64,000 nt of DNA, from NCBI GenBank assembly GCA_045634445.1, contig JAZRAG010000014.1, positions 15,272 to 79,271 on the forward strand, given 5' to 3'. The notes beneath the pieces were generated by a model. That model had not been told where the DNA came from and ran no database searches. It worked only from the letters and a program-made list of their open reading frames with translations. The stretch comes from Candidatus Spyradenecus sp. (lineage in GTDB: Bacteria; Verrucomicrobiota; Kiritimatiellia; RFP12; DVOR01). Positions 18,499 to 27,914 of the stretch are shown one piece after another (within the stretch, counting starts at the first letter, position 1; each line of letters starts with the position of its first letter). A program made the translations under genes and the position numbers.

Positions 18499-18519
18499 AT
18501 AAAGACTTATGCATTCAAT

Positions 18520-20336
18520 ATTGTATCAAATCTTAAGAAGATGTCTTTTCACAACTCTCAAGCGGATTGACGTTACATCTCCAAAATTGTATCAAATCTT
18601 AAGAAGATGTCTTTTCACAACTGTACTTTACTAACATTAAGTGTCAGATTGATTGTATCAAATCTTAAGAAGATGTCTTTTCACAACTCTATATTGTTTA
18701 GTTTTGCAATCTCTTTGATTGTATCAAATCTTAAGAAGATGTCTTTTCACAACTGGCGGCCATTGAGACCTTCCGTCGTCAGAATTGTATCAAATCTTAA
18801 GAAGATGTCTTTTCACAACAACCTTCTTCAAGAATAGATTTAGAAACTTATTGTATCAAATCTTAAGAAGATGTCTTTTCACAACTGAAGAAGCGTATTC
18901 TTATGTTTGTTCTCAATTGTATCAAATCTTAAGAAGATGTCTTTTCACAACTCCTTTAGTCTATTCAACTGTTCAACGAGAATTGTATCAAATCTTAAGA
19001 AGATGTCTTTTCACAACACTTTGAACATTATCAATGTTTCGCAGACTATTGTATCAAATCTTAAGAAGATGTCTTTTCACAACTTCCGTTTAGCTGCGCT
19101 TTTCCTCTCTTCCATTGTATCAAATCTTAAGAAGATGTCTTTTCACAACACGAAAACCCAGAAGCAATCTTTTAAAGAATTGTATCAAATCTTAAGAAGA
19201 TGTCTTTTCACAACTCCGAACGGGAAAAAATGGTTTCAATCGTAATTGTATCAAATCTTAAGAAGATGTCTTTTCACAACCGTTATTTCAGCACTTTCTC
19301 GCGGTTTTGAATTGTATCAAATCTTAAGAAGATGTCTTTTCACAACTTTTAGTTCACAAACAGGAACATTAAAAGGATTGTATCAAATCTTAAGAAGATG
19401 TCTTTTCACAACCTATCTGCCTTTCCCTGGGTCTAGTTATGAATTGTATCAAATCTTAAGAAGATGTCTTTTCACAACTATAACTGGTATGCTGCTTGGT
19501 GCGGTGTCATTGTATCAAATCTTAAGAAGATGTCTTTTCACAACCTAAAACCCAGAAGCAATCTTTTAAAGAGAATTGTATCAAATCTTAAGAAGATGTC
19601 TTTTCACAACTGCAGTATCGCGTGCCGATGCTGGAGGCGGATTGTATCAAATCTTAAGAAGATGTCTTTTCACAACACCGCCCGAAGCAGTAATCGAAGC
19701 TAGTGCATTGTATCAAATCTTAAGAAGATGTCTTTTCACAACTGCGCTTGTAGCCATTGGTGGGATCAGCCAATTGTATCAAATCTTAAGAAGATGTCTT
19801 TTCACAACCACCGGCTCAAGATTGCGCGTGCTTTAGGGATTGTATCAAATCTTAAGAAGATGTCTTTTCACAACCTCCGGTGGCCCCATCTACCGCCTCG
19901 CCATATTGTATCAAATCTTAAGAAGATGTCTTTTCACAACATACCGACGTTGATTTCAATCAGTGTCCGGATTGTATCAAATCTTAAGAAGATGTCTTTT
20001 CACAACAATTGATGAATGTTGATATTTCAGATATTAATTGTATCAAATCTTAAGAAGATGTCTTTTCACAACAATCAGTTGGTATACAGGTTCTGGAATC
20101 GCATTGTATCAAATCTTAAGAAGATGTCTTTTCACAACAAAATATACTCGCAATACACAAAAGACCCTATTGTATCAAATCTTAAGAAGATGTCTTTTCA
20201 CAACTATCATGGCGACAATTAAAACAACAATAGCATTGTATCAAATCTTAAGAAGATGTCTTTTCACAACTACTGACGCGTTTAATTATATTTGTTCACA
20301 ATTGTATCAAATCTTAAGAAGATGTCTTTTCACAAC
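18520..20336 (-). CRISPR. CRISPR array: 28 copies of a 36-bp repeat (GTTGTGAAAAGACATCTTCTTAAGATTTGATACAAT in the inferred crRNA sense) and 27 spacers of 29-30 bp
   Basis: Exact 66-bp periodicity. All repeats are identical. The orientation call (minus strand) rests on the GTTGT...ACAAT termini, an extended -10 TGATACAAT at the repeat 3' end, the anti-repeat of the upstream tracrRNA, and the minus-strand terminator at 18416-18463. Confidence 0.95.
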
Positions 20337-20560
20337 CAACGCATCTCTTGATGTGTCTGTCGCCCCTTTGGGGCTGGAAAAGCGCGAGCGCAAGATGACG
20401 AGAAATGGAGATGTGCCCATTTCGAGCAGCGTGCAAGATTCGTGCGACTCGTGGAAATCCCTCGTCGTCCTGCGGAGCACCTTTTTGTGTGTTTTGTGTT
20501 TTTTGTGGTTAGTTTCTGTGCCGTCAGGCACTCGTATCCTGTGGTTTATTTCCTCACGTG
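20337..20560 (-). repeat. Copy C of the repeat family (inverted relative to A and B), abutting the terminal CRISPR repeat
   Basis: The reverse complement aligns block-for-block with copy A (cagaaactaaccac...cacaaaacacac, gtgctccgcagg, ttccacgagtcgca, gctcgaaatgggcacatc, catttctcgtcatcttgcgct, cagcccc-aaggggcgacagacacatcaagagatgcgttgg). The gcgttgg end lies 0 bp from the repeat. Confidence 0.5.
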
Positions 20561-20600
20561 CTGCGCGTGGCGCTTGTTTGGGGGTGTTGGGTGCTGCCAT

Positions 20601-20629
20601 TTGCGTCTTTGAAAAAGATATGCTATAAT
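20601..20629 (+). promoter_or_regulatory. purA promoter (-35 TTGCGT, 17-nt spacer, extended -10 TGcTATAAT)
   Basis: Sequence motif about 60 nt upstream of the purA ATG. RBS aaggaag at 20675. Confidence 0.45.
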
Positions 20630-20686
20630 TGGTCACCGTTTTGCGTCATTGTAGACGCGTCAATCCTCCAACGTAAGGAAGTAGCT

Positions 20687-21964
20687 ATGCCAAATACCAT
20701 TTTGATTGGTTCGCAATGGGGCGATGAGGGCAAGGGTAAGATTATTGACGTTTTGACCGCACAGGCCGATATGATTGTGCGTTATCAGGGCGGTTCTAAT
20801 GCTGGTCACACGGTGATTGCTGAGGGTGAAAAGCGCGTGTTGCGTTTGGTGCCGTCGGGTATCTTGCATGATGGCAAGGTGTGTGTGATTGGTAATGGTG
20901 TGGTGATGAATCCGTTGGACTTGATTGATGAAATCGAGATGCTCCGCAGCACGGGTATTGAGTGCAAGGGGCGCCTTTTCATCTCCACGCGTACGCAGAT
21001 GGTGATGTTGTATCACCGCGCTTTGGATAAGGCTGATGAAGCTGCACGTCCGGTGGGTAAGAAGATTGGTACGACGGGTCGTGGCATTGGTCCGGCTTAT
21101 GCGGCTAAGGTTTCTCGTACGGGTTTGCGCTGCGGTGATATGTTGATCCCCGAATTCCCTGAATTGGTGCGCGAACAGGTGTTGGAAACGAATGTGAAGT
21201 TGGCCCAGCTCAATGCGGATCCTTTGGATGCTGATGAGATGGTGAAGACTTACATTGAAGCTGCTGAAAAGCTTCGTCCGTACATCATCGACACGATTCC
21301 TTTGATTCATAAGGCCGATCGTGCAGGTCAGTCGATTCTTTTGGAAGGTGCTCAGGGCACGATGTTGGACATCGACTTTGGTACGTATCCCTTCGTGACG
21401 AGCTCGAACCCCACTTCTGGCGGTGCTTGCATTGGTTCGGGTTTGAGCCCGCGCCGCATTGACCGTGTGGTGGGCGTGATTAAGGCTTACACGACGCGTG
21501 TGGGCGAAGGTCCGTTCCCGACGGAAGATTTCGGTGAAGTGGGTAAGACGCTCGCTGAACGCGGCCATGAATTTGGTGCAGTGACGGGCCGTCCGCGCCG
21601 TTGCGGTTGGTTTGACGCTGTGGTGGCACGTTATGCTCAGATGGTCAATGGCGTTGACTTCTGGACGATGACGAAGCTTGACGTGATGGATACGCTTCCT
21701 GAAATCAAGATTTGCGTGGCGTATGAACTCGATGGTAAGCGCATTGAGGATATGCCTGCATCTGCTGCTGAATTGGCACGTTGCAAGCCGATTTACGAAA
21801 CGATGCCGGGGTGGTTGGAAGAAACTTCCAATGTGACCTCGATGGATCAGCTTCCGCTCAAGGCGAAGGCTTATGTGGATCGTTTGATTGAACTCTCTGG
21901 TGGCCGTTTGGGCATTCTCTCTGTGGGCCCGGCGCGTGAATCGACCATTCGCGTGGGCATCTAA
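20687..21964 (+). CDS. purA: Adenylosuccinate synthetase
   Basis: MPNTILIGSQWGDEGKGK P-loop and GTTGRGIGP motifs. The ORF-track start at 20558 is a spurious upstream extension. Confidence 0.9.
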   Translation: MPNTILIGSQWGDEGKGKIIDVLTAQADMIVRYQGGSNAGHTVIAEGEKRVLRLVPSGILHDGKVCVIGNGVVMNPLDLIDEIEMLRSTGIECKGRLFISTRTQMVMLYHRALDKADEAARPVGKKIGTTGRGIGPAYAAKVSRTGLRCGDMLIPEFPELVREQVLETNVKLAQLNADPLDADEMVKTYIEAAEKLRPYIIDTIPLIHKADRAGQSILLEGAQGTMLDIDFGTYPFVTSSNPTSGGACIGSGLSPRRIDRVVGVIKAYTTRVGEGPFPTEDFGEVGKTLAERGHEFGAVTGRPRRCGWFDAVVARYAQMVNGVDFWTMTKLDVMDTLPEIKICVAYELDGKRIEDMPASAAELARCKPIYETMPGWLEETSNVTSMDQLPLKAKAYVDRLIELSGGRLGILSVGPARESTIRVGI

Positions 21965-22650
21965 TGGAGCATTTAGCGATCATTATGGACGGAAATGGCC
22001 GTTGGGCGAAAGCCCGCGGCCTTCCGCGTTCTGAAGGGCATCGTGCGGGGGGTGAAACGGTCCGTCGCGTCTTGGGCTTTTGCAAAGAGGCTGGGATTCG
22101 TTATCTCACGTTGTATGCGTTTTCGGTGGAGAATTGGAAGCGCCCGAAGGAAGAGGTTGAGGCTTTGATGAGCCTGCTCGTCGCTTATTTGGCGGGCGAG
22201 GAGTCAATGCTGCACGAACATCAGGTGCGGTTGCGCGTGATGGGGCAGAAGGAAGATTTGCCCGAAAAGGTGCAGGCGGCGATTGCGCATGTGGAGGCTG
22301 CAACGGCGCACTATGAGCGTCAGTTGATTCTCTGCCTGAGTTATGGCGGACGCACGGAAATCGTTTCTGCAGCAAAGCGTTTGGCAACGTTGGCCGCGGC
22401 GGGTGAATTGGACCCTGCTACGATTGATGAGGCGGCGTTTAAGCGTCAGCTCTATTTGCCAGATGTGCCTGATCCTGACTTGATTGTGCGCACGAGCGGT
22501 GAGATGCGGTTGAGCAATTTCTTGCTCTGGCAGGCGAGTTACGCAGAGTTTTATATAACGCCGGTCTTGTGGCCTGATTTTGGCCAGGCAGACTTTGATG
22601 CGGCTTTGGCTGCGTTTGGGCAACGCGAACGCCGTTATGGTGGGCTCTAA
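21964..22650 (+). CDS. uppS: Isoprenyl transferase (undecaprenyl-diphosphate synthase)
   Basis: IIMDGNGRWA and downstream UPP-synthase motifs. Start overlaps the purA stop. Confidence 0.85.
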   Translation: MEHLAIIMDGNGRWAKARGLPRSEGHRAGGETVRRVLGFCKEAGIRYLTLYAFSVENWKRPKEEVEALMSLLVAYLAGEESMLHEHQVRLRVMGQKEDLPEKVQAAIAHVEAATAHYERQLILCLSYGGRTEIVSAAKRLATLAAAGELDPATIDEAAFKRQLYLPDVPDPDLIVRTSGEMRLSNFLLWQASYAEFYITPVLWPDFGQADFDAALAAFGQRERRYGGL

Positions 22651-22784
22651 TCCGCGTTTTGGCGTGCGTCTTCTGCATTGGATAAAGACTTTCATGCGCA
22701 GTGCGTGAAAGTCTTTATTATTTATGTAGGATTTGGTTGTTGTTTTTGATATACTACAAGAAAGCCTTGATTCAAGGAGTTGTT

Positions 22785-23867
22785 ATGGCAGATAAACATT
22801 CGTTAGCATTTTTGAAAGAGCTTGTGGCTTGCCACACGCCCAGTGGCTTTGAACAAGATGGCCAACGCATTATGGCGCGTTATCTGAAGCAGTCTGGGGT
22901 GGAGTGTGCATTTGATGTGCACGGTAATCTGCATGCGGTATTGAATGAAAGCGCGCCTGTGAAGGTGATGTTAGAGGCGCACTGTGACGAAATCGGCTTC
23001 TTGGTCTCTTACATTGACAACAACGGCTTTTTGTGGTTGATCCCCAATGGCGGTGTCACGGCGCAGACGATTTTGGGCGAACGCGTGGTAATTCAGGGTA
23101 AGAATGGCCCTGTGTATGGCGTCTTTGGTGTGCGTCCACCCCATTTGATGTCGGCTGCAGAGCGTGAGAAGGTCGCACCGAAAGAGGTGACCGATTTGCC
23201 CGTGGATATTGGCGCTTCCTCGCGTGAAGAGGCTGAAGCCCTTGTGGCGCTCGGCGCTCCGGCGGTGGTGGATGCAGGGTGGATCGCACTCGCTGGCAAT
23301 AAAGTAGCTTGCCGTGGCTTTGATAATCGCGTGGGGGCTTACATCGTGGCCGAAACGATGCGCCGTTTGGCAGAGCAACCCCTTGCGCCCTTGAATGTGG
23401 CGTTGCACTTGGTCGGCAGTGTCCAGGAAGAATTGGGCTTGATTGGCGGTTCAAATGCGGCTCAATTGGTCAAGCCTGATATCGGCATTTGCGTGGATGT
23501 GGGCTTTGCAACCGATGCCCATCCGGCGGATTGTCACAAGATGGGCGATGTGAAGTTGGGCAGTGGTCCCATCATCGGCACAGGGCCTTTTTACAACAAC
23601 AAACTGCGTCAGGCTTTAGTGGATACGGCGAAGGTCGAAGAAATCCCGCTCCAGGTGCAGGTGCGTTCGCGTGCGTCGGGAAATAATGCCTATGCAATGC
23701 GTATGGCAGGGGGAAATACCGCTGTGGCATTGGTGGCAATTCCGTTGCGCTATATGCATAGCCCTGTTGAAACGCTTGACTTAGACGATGTGGAGCGCGC
23801 GGTGCGTGTGCTCTGCGCCTTCTTAGGAAGTTTGCCAGCAAATCCTGACTTGACGCCAACCTTGTAA
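22785..23867 (+). CDS. M42-family metallo-aminopeptidase (FrvX/cellulase-M-like)
   Basis: LVACHTPSGFEQ...HCDEIGF..GFDNRVG motifs typical of M42 peptidases. Start at MADKH; the upstream extension is unlikely to be real. Confidence 0.65.
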   Translation: MADKHSLAFLKELVACHTPSGFEQDGQRIMARYLKQSGVECAFDVHGNLHAVLNESAPVKVMLEAHCDEIGFLVSYIDNNGFLWLIPNGGVTAQTILGERVVIQGKNGPVYGVFGVRPPHLMSAAEREKVAPKEVTDLPVDIGASSREEAEALVALGAPAVVDAGWIALAGNKVACRGFDNRVGAYIVAETMRRLAEQPLAPLNVALHLVGSVQEELGLIGGSNAAQLVKPDIGICVDVGFATDAHPADCHKMGDVKLGSGPIIGTGPFYNNKLRQALVDTAKVEEIPLQVQVRSRASGNNAYAMRMAGGNTAVALVAIPLRYMHSPVETLDLDDVERAVRVLCAFLGSLPANPDLTPTL

Positions 23868-23917
23868 TCATTTTTGAGTGTATTTGAGAGAACTTATTCA
23901 GCAAAGAGGAGTGAACC

Positions 23918-24808
23918 ATGGCTGTGAATCCTGAAACATTACCTGATATCACTAAGGACCCGCGTGCGGTATTGGCTATTAAGGCCGCTTTGAAAGAAGA
24001 TATCGGCTCTGGCGATGCGACGACGCTTGCTTTGGTAGGCCCAGACATTTTGGCTACTGGTGAAATCCAAGCCCGCGAAGAATGCTGCGTGGCAGGGTTG
24101 AATGTGGCGCTTTACATCTTGCAGTTGTTGGACCCCACACTCTCTTACGAAATTTTGATCCCGAATGGCGCAATCGCTCCGAAGGGAAGTGTGCTCGCAC
24201 GCTTTACGGGTCGTGCTCGCGCTATTCTTACGGCAGAACGCACTGCGCTCAACTTCATTCAGCGCATGTGTGGCACCGCGACCTTGACCCATCAGTTTGT
24301 GGAAGCAGTGAAGCCGCACAACTGCATGGTGCTTGATACGCGTAAGACGACGCCCTGTTTGCGCGTCTTTGAAAAGTTTGCAGTGCGTTGCGGAGGGGGT
24401 ACGAACCATCGTTTCGGCCTCTATGATCGCGTGTTGATGAAGGATAACCATCGTCACCTCTGGGCCGGTGGTGACCCGAATCGTTTGGATCTCGCAGTGG
24501 AAGCTGCGCGTAAGGCTTATCCCTTGCTCGCGGTGGAAATCGAAGTCGAAAGCATCGAAGAATTGAAGTCGGCTTTGAAGGCAGAACCCGAATGGATTAT
24601 GCTCGATAACATGTCCTGTGATATGATGCGCGAATGCGTGGAAATCACCCGCGCAACCACCTCTGTAACGAAGTTGGAAGCTTCTGGTGGTATCAATCTC
24701 AAGACGGCAAATGCGATCGCAGCCACCGGTGTGGACGCTTTGAGCGTGGGTGCTTTGACGCACTCTGCACCGAGTACAGACTTGGCCCTTGAATGGAGCG
24801 TTATCTAA
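23918..24808 (+). CDS. nadC: Nicotinate-nucleotide diphosphorylase (quinolinate phosphoribosyltransferase)
   Basis: LDTRKTTPxLR and KDNH motifs. Confidence 0.85.
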   Translation: MAVNPETLPDITKDPRAVLAIKAALKEDIGSGDATTLALVGPDILATGEIQAREECCVAGLNVALYILQLLDPTLSYEILIPNGAIAPKGSVLARFTGRARAILTAERTALNFIQRMCGTATLTHQFVEAVKPHNCMVLDTRKTTPCLRVFEKFAVRCGGGTNHRFGLYDRVLMKDNHRHLWAGGDPNRLDLAVEAARKAYPLLAVEIEVESIEELKSALKAEPEWIMLDNMSCDMMRECVEITRATTSVTKLEASGGINLKTANAIAATGVDALSVGALTHSAPSTDLALEWSVI

Positions 24809-25566
24809 TGCGCTTGGTGTGCATTGATATCGGCAATACCTCCGCCACATTAGGCCTCTATGAAAATGGCACCATCTCGCGCGTCTCTCGCGTGGATGGT
24901 GGCATTCGTAAGAACCCTGAAGCGTGTTCGGATATGGTGCGTTTGATCGCTGATGGCGGTGTGGAAGGCGTTTCAATCGCCTCCGTCGTGCCTGAAGTTA
25001 ATCATAAATGGCGTCATCTGATTCGCGAAACATTGGGATGCACCCCGCGTTTTGTCACCTTTGAGAGTCCGCTTGGGTTTACCGTTGATTACCCACGCCC
25101 TGAACGCATCGGTGCAGACCGTTTGGCAGACGCTGCGGGCGGTTTGGCGCGTTATGGCGCACCCCTGATTGTGGTGGACTTCGGAACTGCGCTCAATTTT
25201 GAAGTTATTGATGATCGCCCAGCCTATGTGGGCGGTGTGATTACCCCTGGTTTGCCATTGATGACCAGTTATCTGCACGAAAAGACGGCACTTTTGCCAA
25301 AGGTTGAACTCGGGACTCAGGTGACGCCTGTCGTGGGAAAATCGACCGAGGAGGCTATTGCCCTTGGCGCACAGGTCGGCTATCGTGGCATTGTGCGTGA
25401 ATTGATTACCCATTTACAACGTCCTTTCAATGGAAAGGCTCACGTGGTGGCAACGGGTGGTTATGCCGGGTGGGTGCTTGAAGGAAGTGACCTTGAGATC
25501 ACCATTGACCCAACGCTAACGCTCTTTGGCTTAGGCAAAATCTTTGAAAATGGCGGAACAGACTAA
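24808..25566 (+). CDS. coaX: Type III pantothenate kinase
   Basis: MRLVCIDIGNTSAT N-terminus. TAATG overlap with nadC. Confidence 0.8.
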   Translation: MRLVCIDIGNTSATLGLYENGTISRVSRVDGGIRKNPEACSDMVRLIADGGVEGVSIASVVPEVNHKWRHLIRETLGCTPRFVTFESPLGFTVDYPRPERIGADRLADAAGGLARYGAPLIVVDFGTALNFEVIDDRPAYVGGVITPGLPLMTSYLHEKTALLPKVELGTQVTPVVGKSTEEAIALGAQVGYRGIVRELITHLQRPFNGKAHVVATGGYAGWVLEGSDLEITIDPTLTLFGLGKIFENGGTD

Positions 25567-26492
25567 TGACCGTTTTCTCACTCCTTCATGCCTTCTTACT
25601 CTTCTTTAACGTCATTGTGTTGGTGCGCATTATGATGCCTGCGCGCTATGTGTTGTTAAATCCCTATGCGGCTACGCTGGACAACCTCCTTGCGCGTCTT
25701 TTGACGGCGATTCGTCCTGCCTTTCAGATGTCCGCTAAGCCCCTCTGCGGCCTTCTCTTGGCGCTTTCGCTCTGCGCAGACGCAGTGATGCTCTCACGGA
25801 TGAACATCAATGCAATGGCCGCGAGTTCCTTTATTCTCTATGCACTTCCTGTGGGTACCTTTAAGCAGTGGTTGTTCATCGCAGTGCTGACCTTCTTCCG
25901 TCATCTCTTGACGATTTTTGCAGCGACCTTGGTCTTTCAGTTGTGGCATCGCTCTAAGACGCTGCCAGGGTATTCGGGCGATTTGCTTCGTTTGGCGACG
26001 TACCCGCTGGCACGGTTTCCGCTTGCAGCACAGTGGGCCCTTCTGATTGTGGGGAACCTGTTATTGGCAGCGTTAGTGATGGTCAATGCCGAAAGCGTGA
26101 GTTATCCCTTCGAGGCCTTAAAGTCTACCCCTGGTATGATTGGCGAATTGGCGAGCCGCTCTCAACTCTCCGCACTTGTGCCTGGCGCTCGTCTTGCGGT
26201 TACGACAGGACTCTTCATTTTGGATGTCTTCTCAGAACTCCATGGTTTTACGACCACGCTCATTCTCTTTGCAATTCTCAGCTTAATTACGCGCAATCAA
26301 TCCCTCGCATACTTCATCAAGGACCTCTGGCGCCTCTTCCGTGGGCCCTTGCCAGAATTCCGTGTGGGTATGCTTTATCTGACGCCAGTGCTCATTCTGC
26401 TTGTTCTTGCAGTCGTGGGGTCAATGTTGCCCGCAATCTTCCTTACGCTTGTGGAAAGCATCGCTAAGGTAGGGGGATGGTATGTGGTGTAA
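25566..26492 (+). CDS. YggT-like integral membrane protein (duplicated)
   Basis: Hydrophobic. YggT-like N-terminus. Lies upstream of a DUF167/YggU gene, the yggT-yggU pairing. Confidence 0.4.
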   Translation: MTVFSLLHAFLLFFNVIVLVRIMMPARYVLLNPYAATLDNLLARLLTAIRPAFQMSAKPLCGLLLALSLCADAVMLSRMNINAMAASSFILYALPVGTFKQWLFIAVLTFFRHLLTIFAATLVFQLWHRSKTLPGYSGDLLRLATYPLARFPLAAQWALLIVGNLLLAALVMVNAESVSYPFEALKSTPGMIGELASRSQLSALVPGARLAVTTGLFILDVFSELHGFTTTLILFAILSLITRNQSLAYFIKDLWRLFRGPLPEFRVGMLYLTPVLILLVLAVVGSMLPAIFLTLVESIAKVGGWYVV

Positions 26493-26766
26493 CGCCTGGA
26501 AAGACGGCTGCACAATTACCCTCAAAGTGACGCCTAAAGCCTCGCGAAATGCGGTCTTAGGCGTAGAAGAAACCTGGCTTCGCGTTGCCCTTACCGCGCC
26601 CCCTGTTGATGGCAAAGCTAATGAAGCTGCGCGCCGCTTTCTTGCAGAGACGCTCTCCGTTTCTCGCGGGAGTGTGACATTGCTCACAGGGCAAACGGCG
26701 CGCTTGAAACGCTTTGCCATCTCTGGCATTTCTCCCGAAACCGCAAGACAACGTCTTGTGCCGTAA
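26482..26766 (+). CDS. DUF167 (YggU) family protein
   Basis: ITLKVTPKASRNAV..DGKANEA..GQTARLKRF is characteristic of DUF167. Confidence 0.65.
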   Translation: MWCNAWKDGCTITLKVTPKASRNAVLGVEETWLRVALTAPPVDGKANEAARRFLAETLSVSRGSVTLLTGQTARLKRFAISGISPETARQRLVP

Positions 26767-26905
26767 CGGTCACTCAATCACAATTCTCAAGGCCCCAGCT
26801 ATCGCCAGAACGCAGGTGATGGAAATGGTGTTTCGTGGGTGCGGAAGAGGTTGCGGTTTGCTATACTAATGTTGGATGCGCGGAATCGCGCGTGAATGAG
26901 GATTT

Positions 26906-27889
26906 TTGACTATGGTACGTGGTGTTTCGCTTTTAAGTGGTGGCCTCGATTCAATGTTGGCGATTTGTATGCTTCGCGAACAGGGAATTGAGATGGAAGG
27001 CATTGTCTTTAAAAGTCCCTTTTTTGGAGTGGCTGGCGCTGAAAAGGCCGCGAAGCAACTCGGTGTGAAGTTGCACATTCTTGATTTTTCGGATGACATT
27101 TTGTCTTTGGTGAAGCATCCGCCGCATGGATTTGGTGGAGCGATGAATCCGTGCATTGACTGTCATGCCGCGATGATTCGTCGTGCGGGTGAGTTTATGC
27201 GCGCTGGCGGGTATGATTTTGTCTCTACGGGTGAGGTTTTAAATCAACGCCCCATGTCGCAGAATCGTCGTAGTCTTGAAACGGTGGCAGAAACATCGGG
27301 TTTGAAGGGACTGTTATTGCGTCCGTTATCCGCGCAACTCTTAGATCCCACAACGCCTGAATTGGATGGGCGTATTGACCGCACGCGTCTGGGCGCAATT
27401 TCGGGTCGTAATCGCCAACCCCAAATGGAGTTGGTGAAGCGTTATGGTTTGACGGACTATCCATCGCCAGCAGGTGGGTGTCTTTTGACAGAAAAGGGCT
27501 TTTGCCGTAAGTTGCGCGATCTCTTTGACCATACCGAGGGGATTCCTGCGGTGGAGGATGTGGAGTTGCTCAAATTCTCGCGTCAGTTCCGTTTGCCAGA
27601 TGGTGGCCGCATTATTGTGGGGCGTAATCGCTTGGATAACCTCGCTTTGAAGGCCTTGCGCAAACAGGGAAAGACGATTTTGCATACGGTGAATATTCCT
27701 GGGCCGACGGCGGCAGTCTTAGGGGATATTCCAGAAAGCGATCTCTATCGCGCCGCGTCAATTATTGCCGACTATGGTGATAAGGGAACGTTGACCGACA
27801 TTATTGTGAAGGTGATTACGCCTGAAGCAACGCGTGAGATTACGGTGCAGCCGTTGCCGCGCGATACGTATCAACCCTGGATGCTGTAA
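26906..27889 (+). CDS. PP-loop ATP pyrophosphatase, ThiI-like tRNA sulfurtransferase lacking a THUMP domain
   Basis: SGGLDS PP-loop. CxxC...TGEVLNQRPMSQ resembles the ThiI TGESLGQVASQ region. Confidence 0.5.
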   Translation: MTMVRGVSLLSGGLDSMLAICMLREQGIEMEGIVFKSPFFGVAGAEKAAKQLGVKLHILDFSDDILSLVKHPPHGFGGAMNPCIDCHAAMIRRAGEFMRAGGYDFVSTGEVLNQRPMSQNRRSLETVAETSGLKGLLLRPLSAQLLDPTTPELDGRIDRTRLGAISGRNRQPQMELVKRYGLTDYPSPAGGCLLTEKGFCRKLRDLFDHTEGIPAVEDVELLKFSRQFRLPDGGRIIVGRNRLDNLALKALRKQGKTILHTVNIPGPTAAVLGDIPESDLYRAASIIADYGDKGTLTDIIVKVITPEATREITVQPLPRDTYQPWML

Positions 27890-27914
27890 TTCATTTTAAT
27901 ACGGAGGATAGAAC

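Noticed and set aside
18607-20628. Many 60-200-aa ORFs inside the CRISPR array (repeated peptides IVSNLKKMSFHN / LYQILRRCLFTT)
   Set aside because: They are translations of the 36-bp repeat in different frames, so their periodicity is that of the repeat and they are not genes.
20558-20686. N-terminal extension of purA (ORF-track start at 20558)
   Set aside because: PurA proteins start at MPNTILIGSQWGDEGKGK, and an RBS (aaggaag) precedes the ATG at 20687. The extension overlaps repeat copy C and the purA promoter.
20660-21568. 302-aa minus-strand ORF
   Set aside because: Antisense shadow ORF inside purA, with Arg/His-rich low complexity and no motifs. The same reasoning applies to 23939..24976 (inside nadC), 28689..29651, 35233..35928, 57418..58791 (inside gdhA), 58977..59882, 60473..61612 and 62039..62746.
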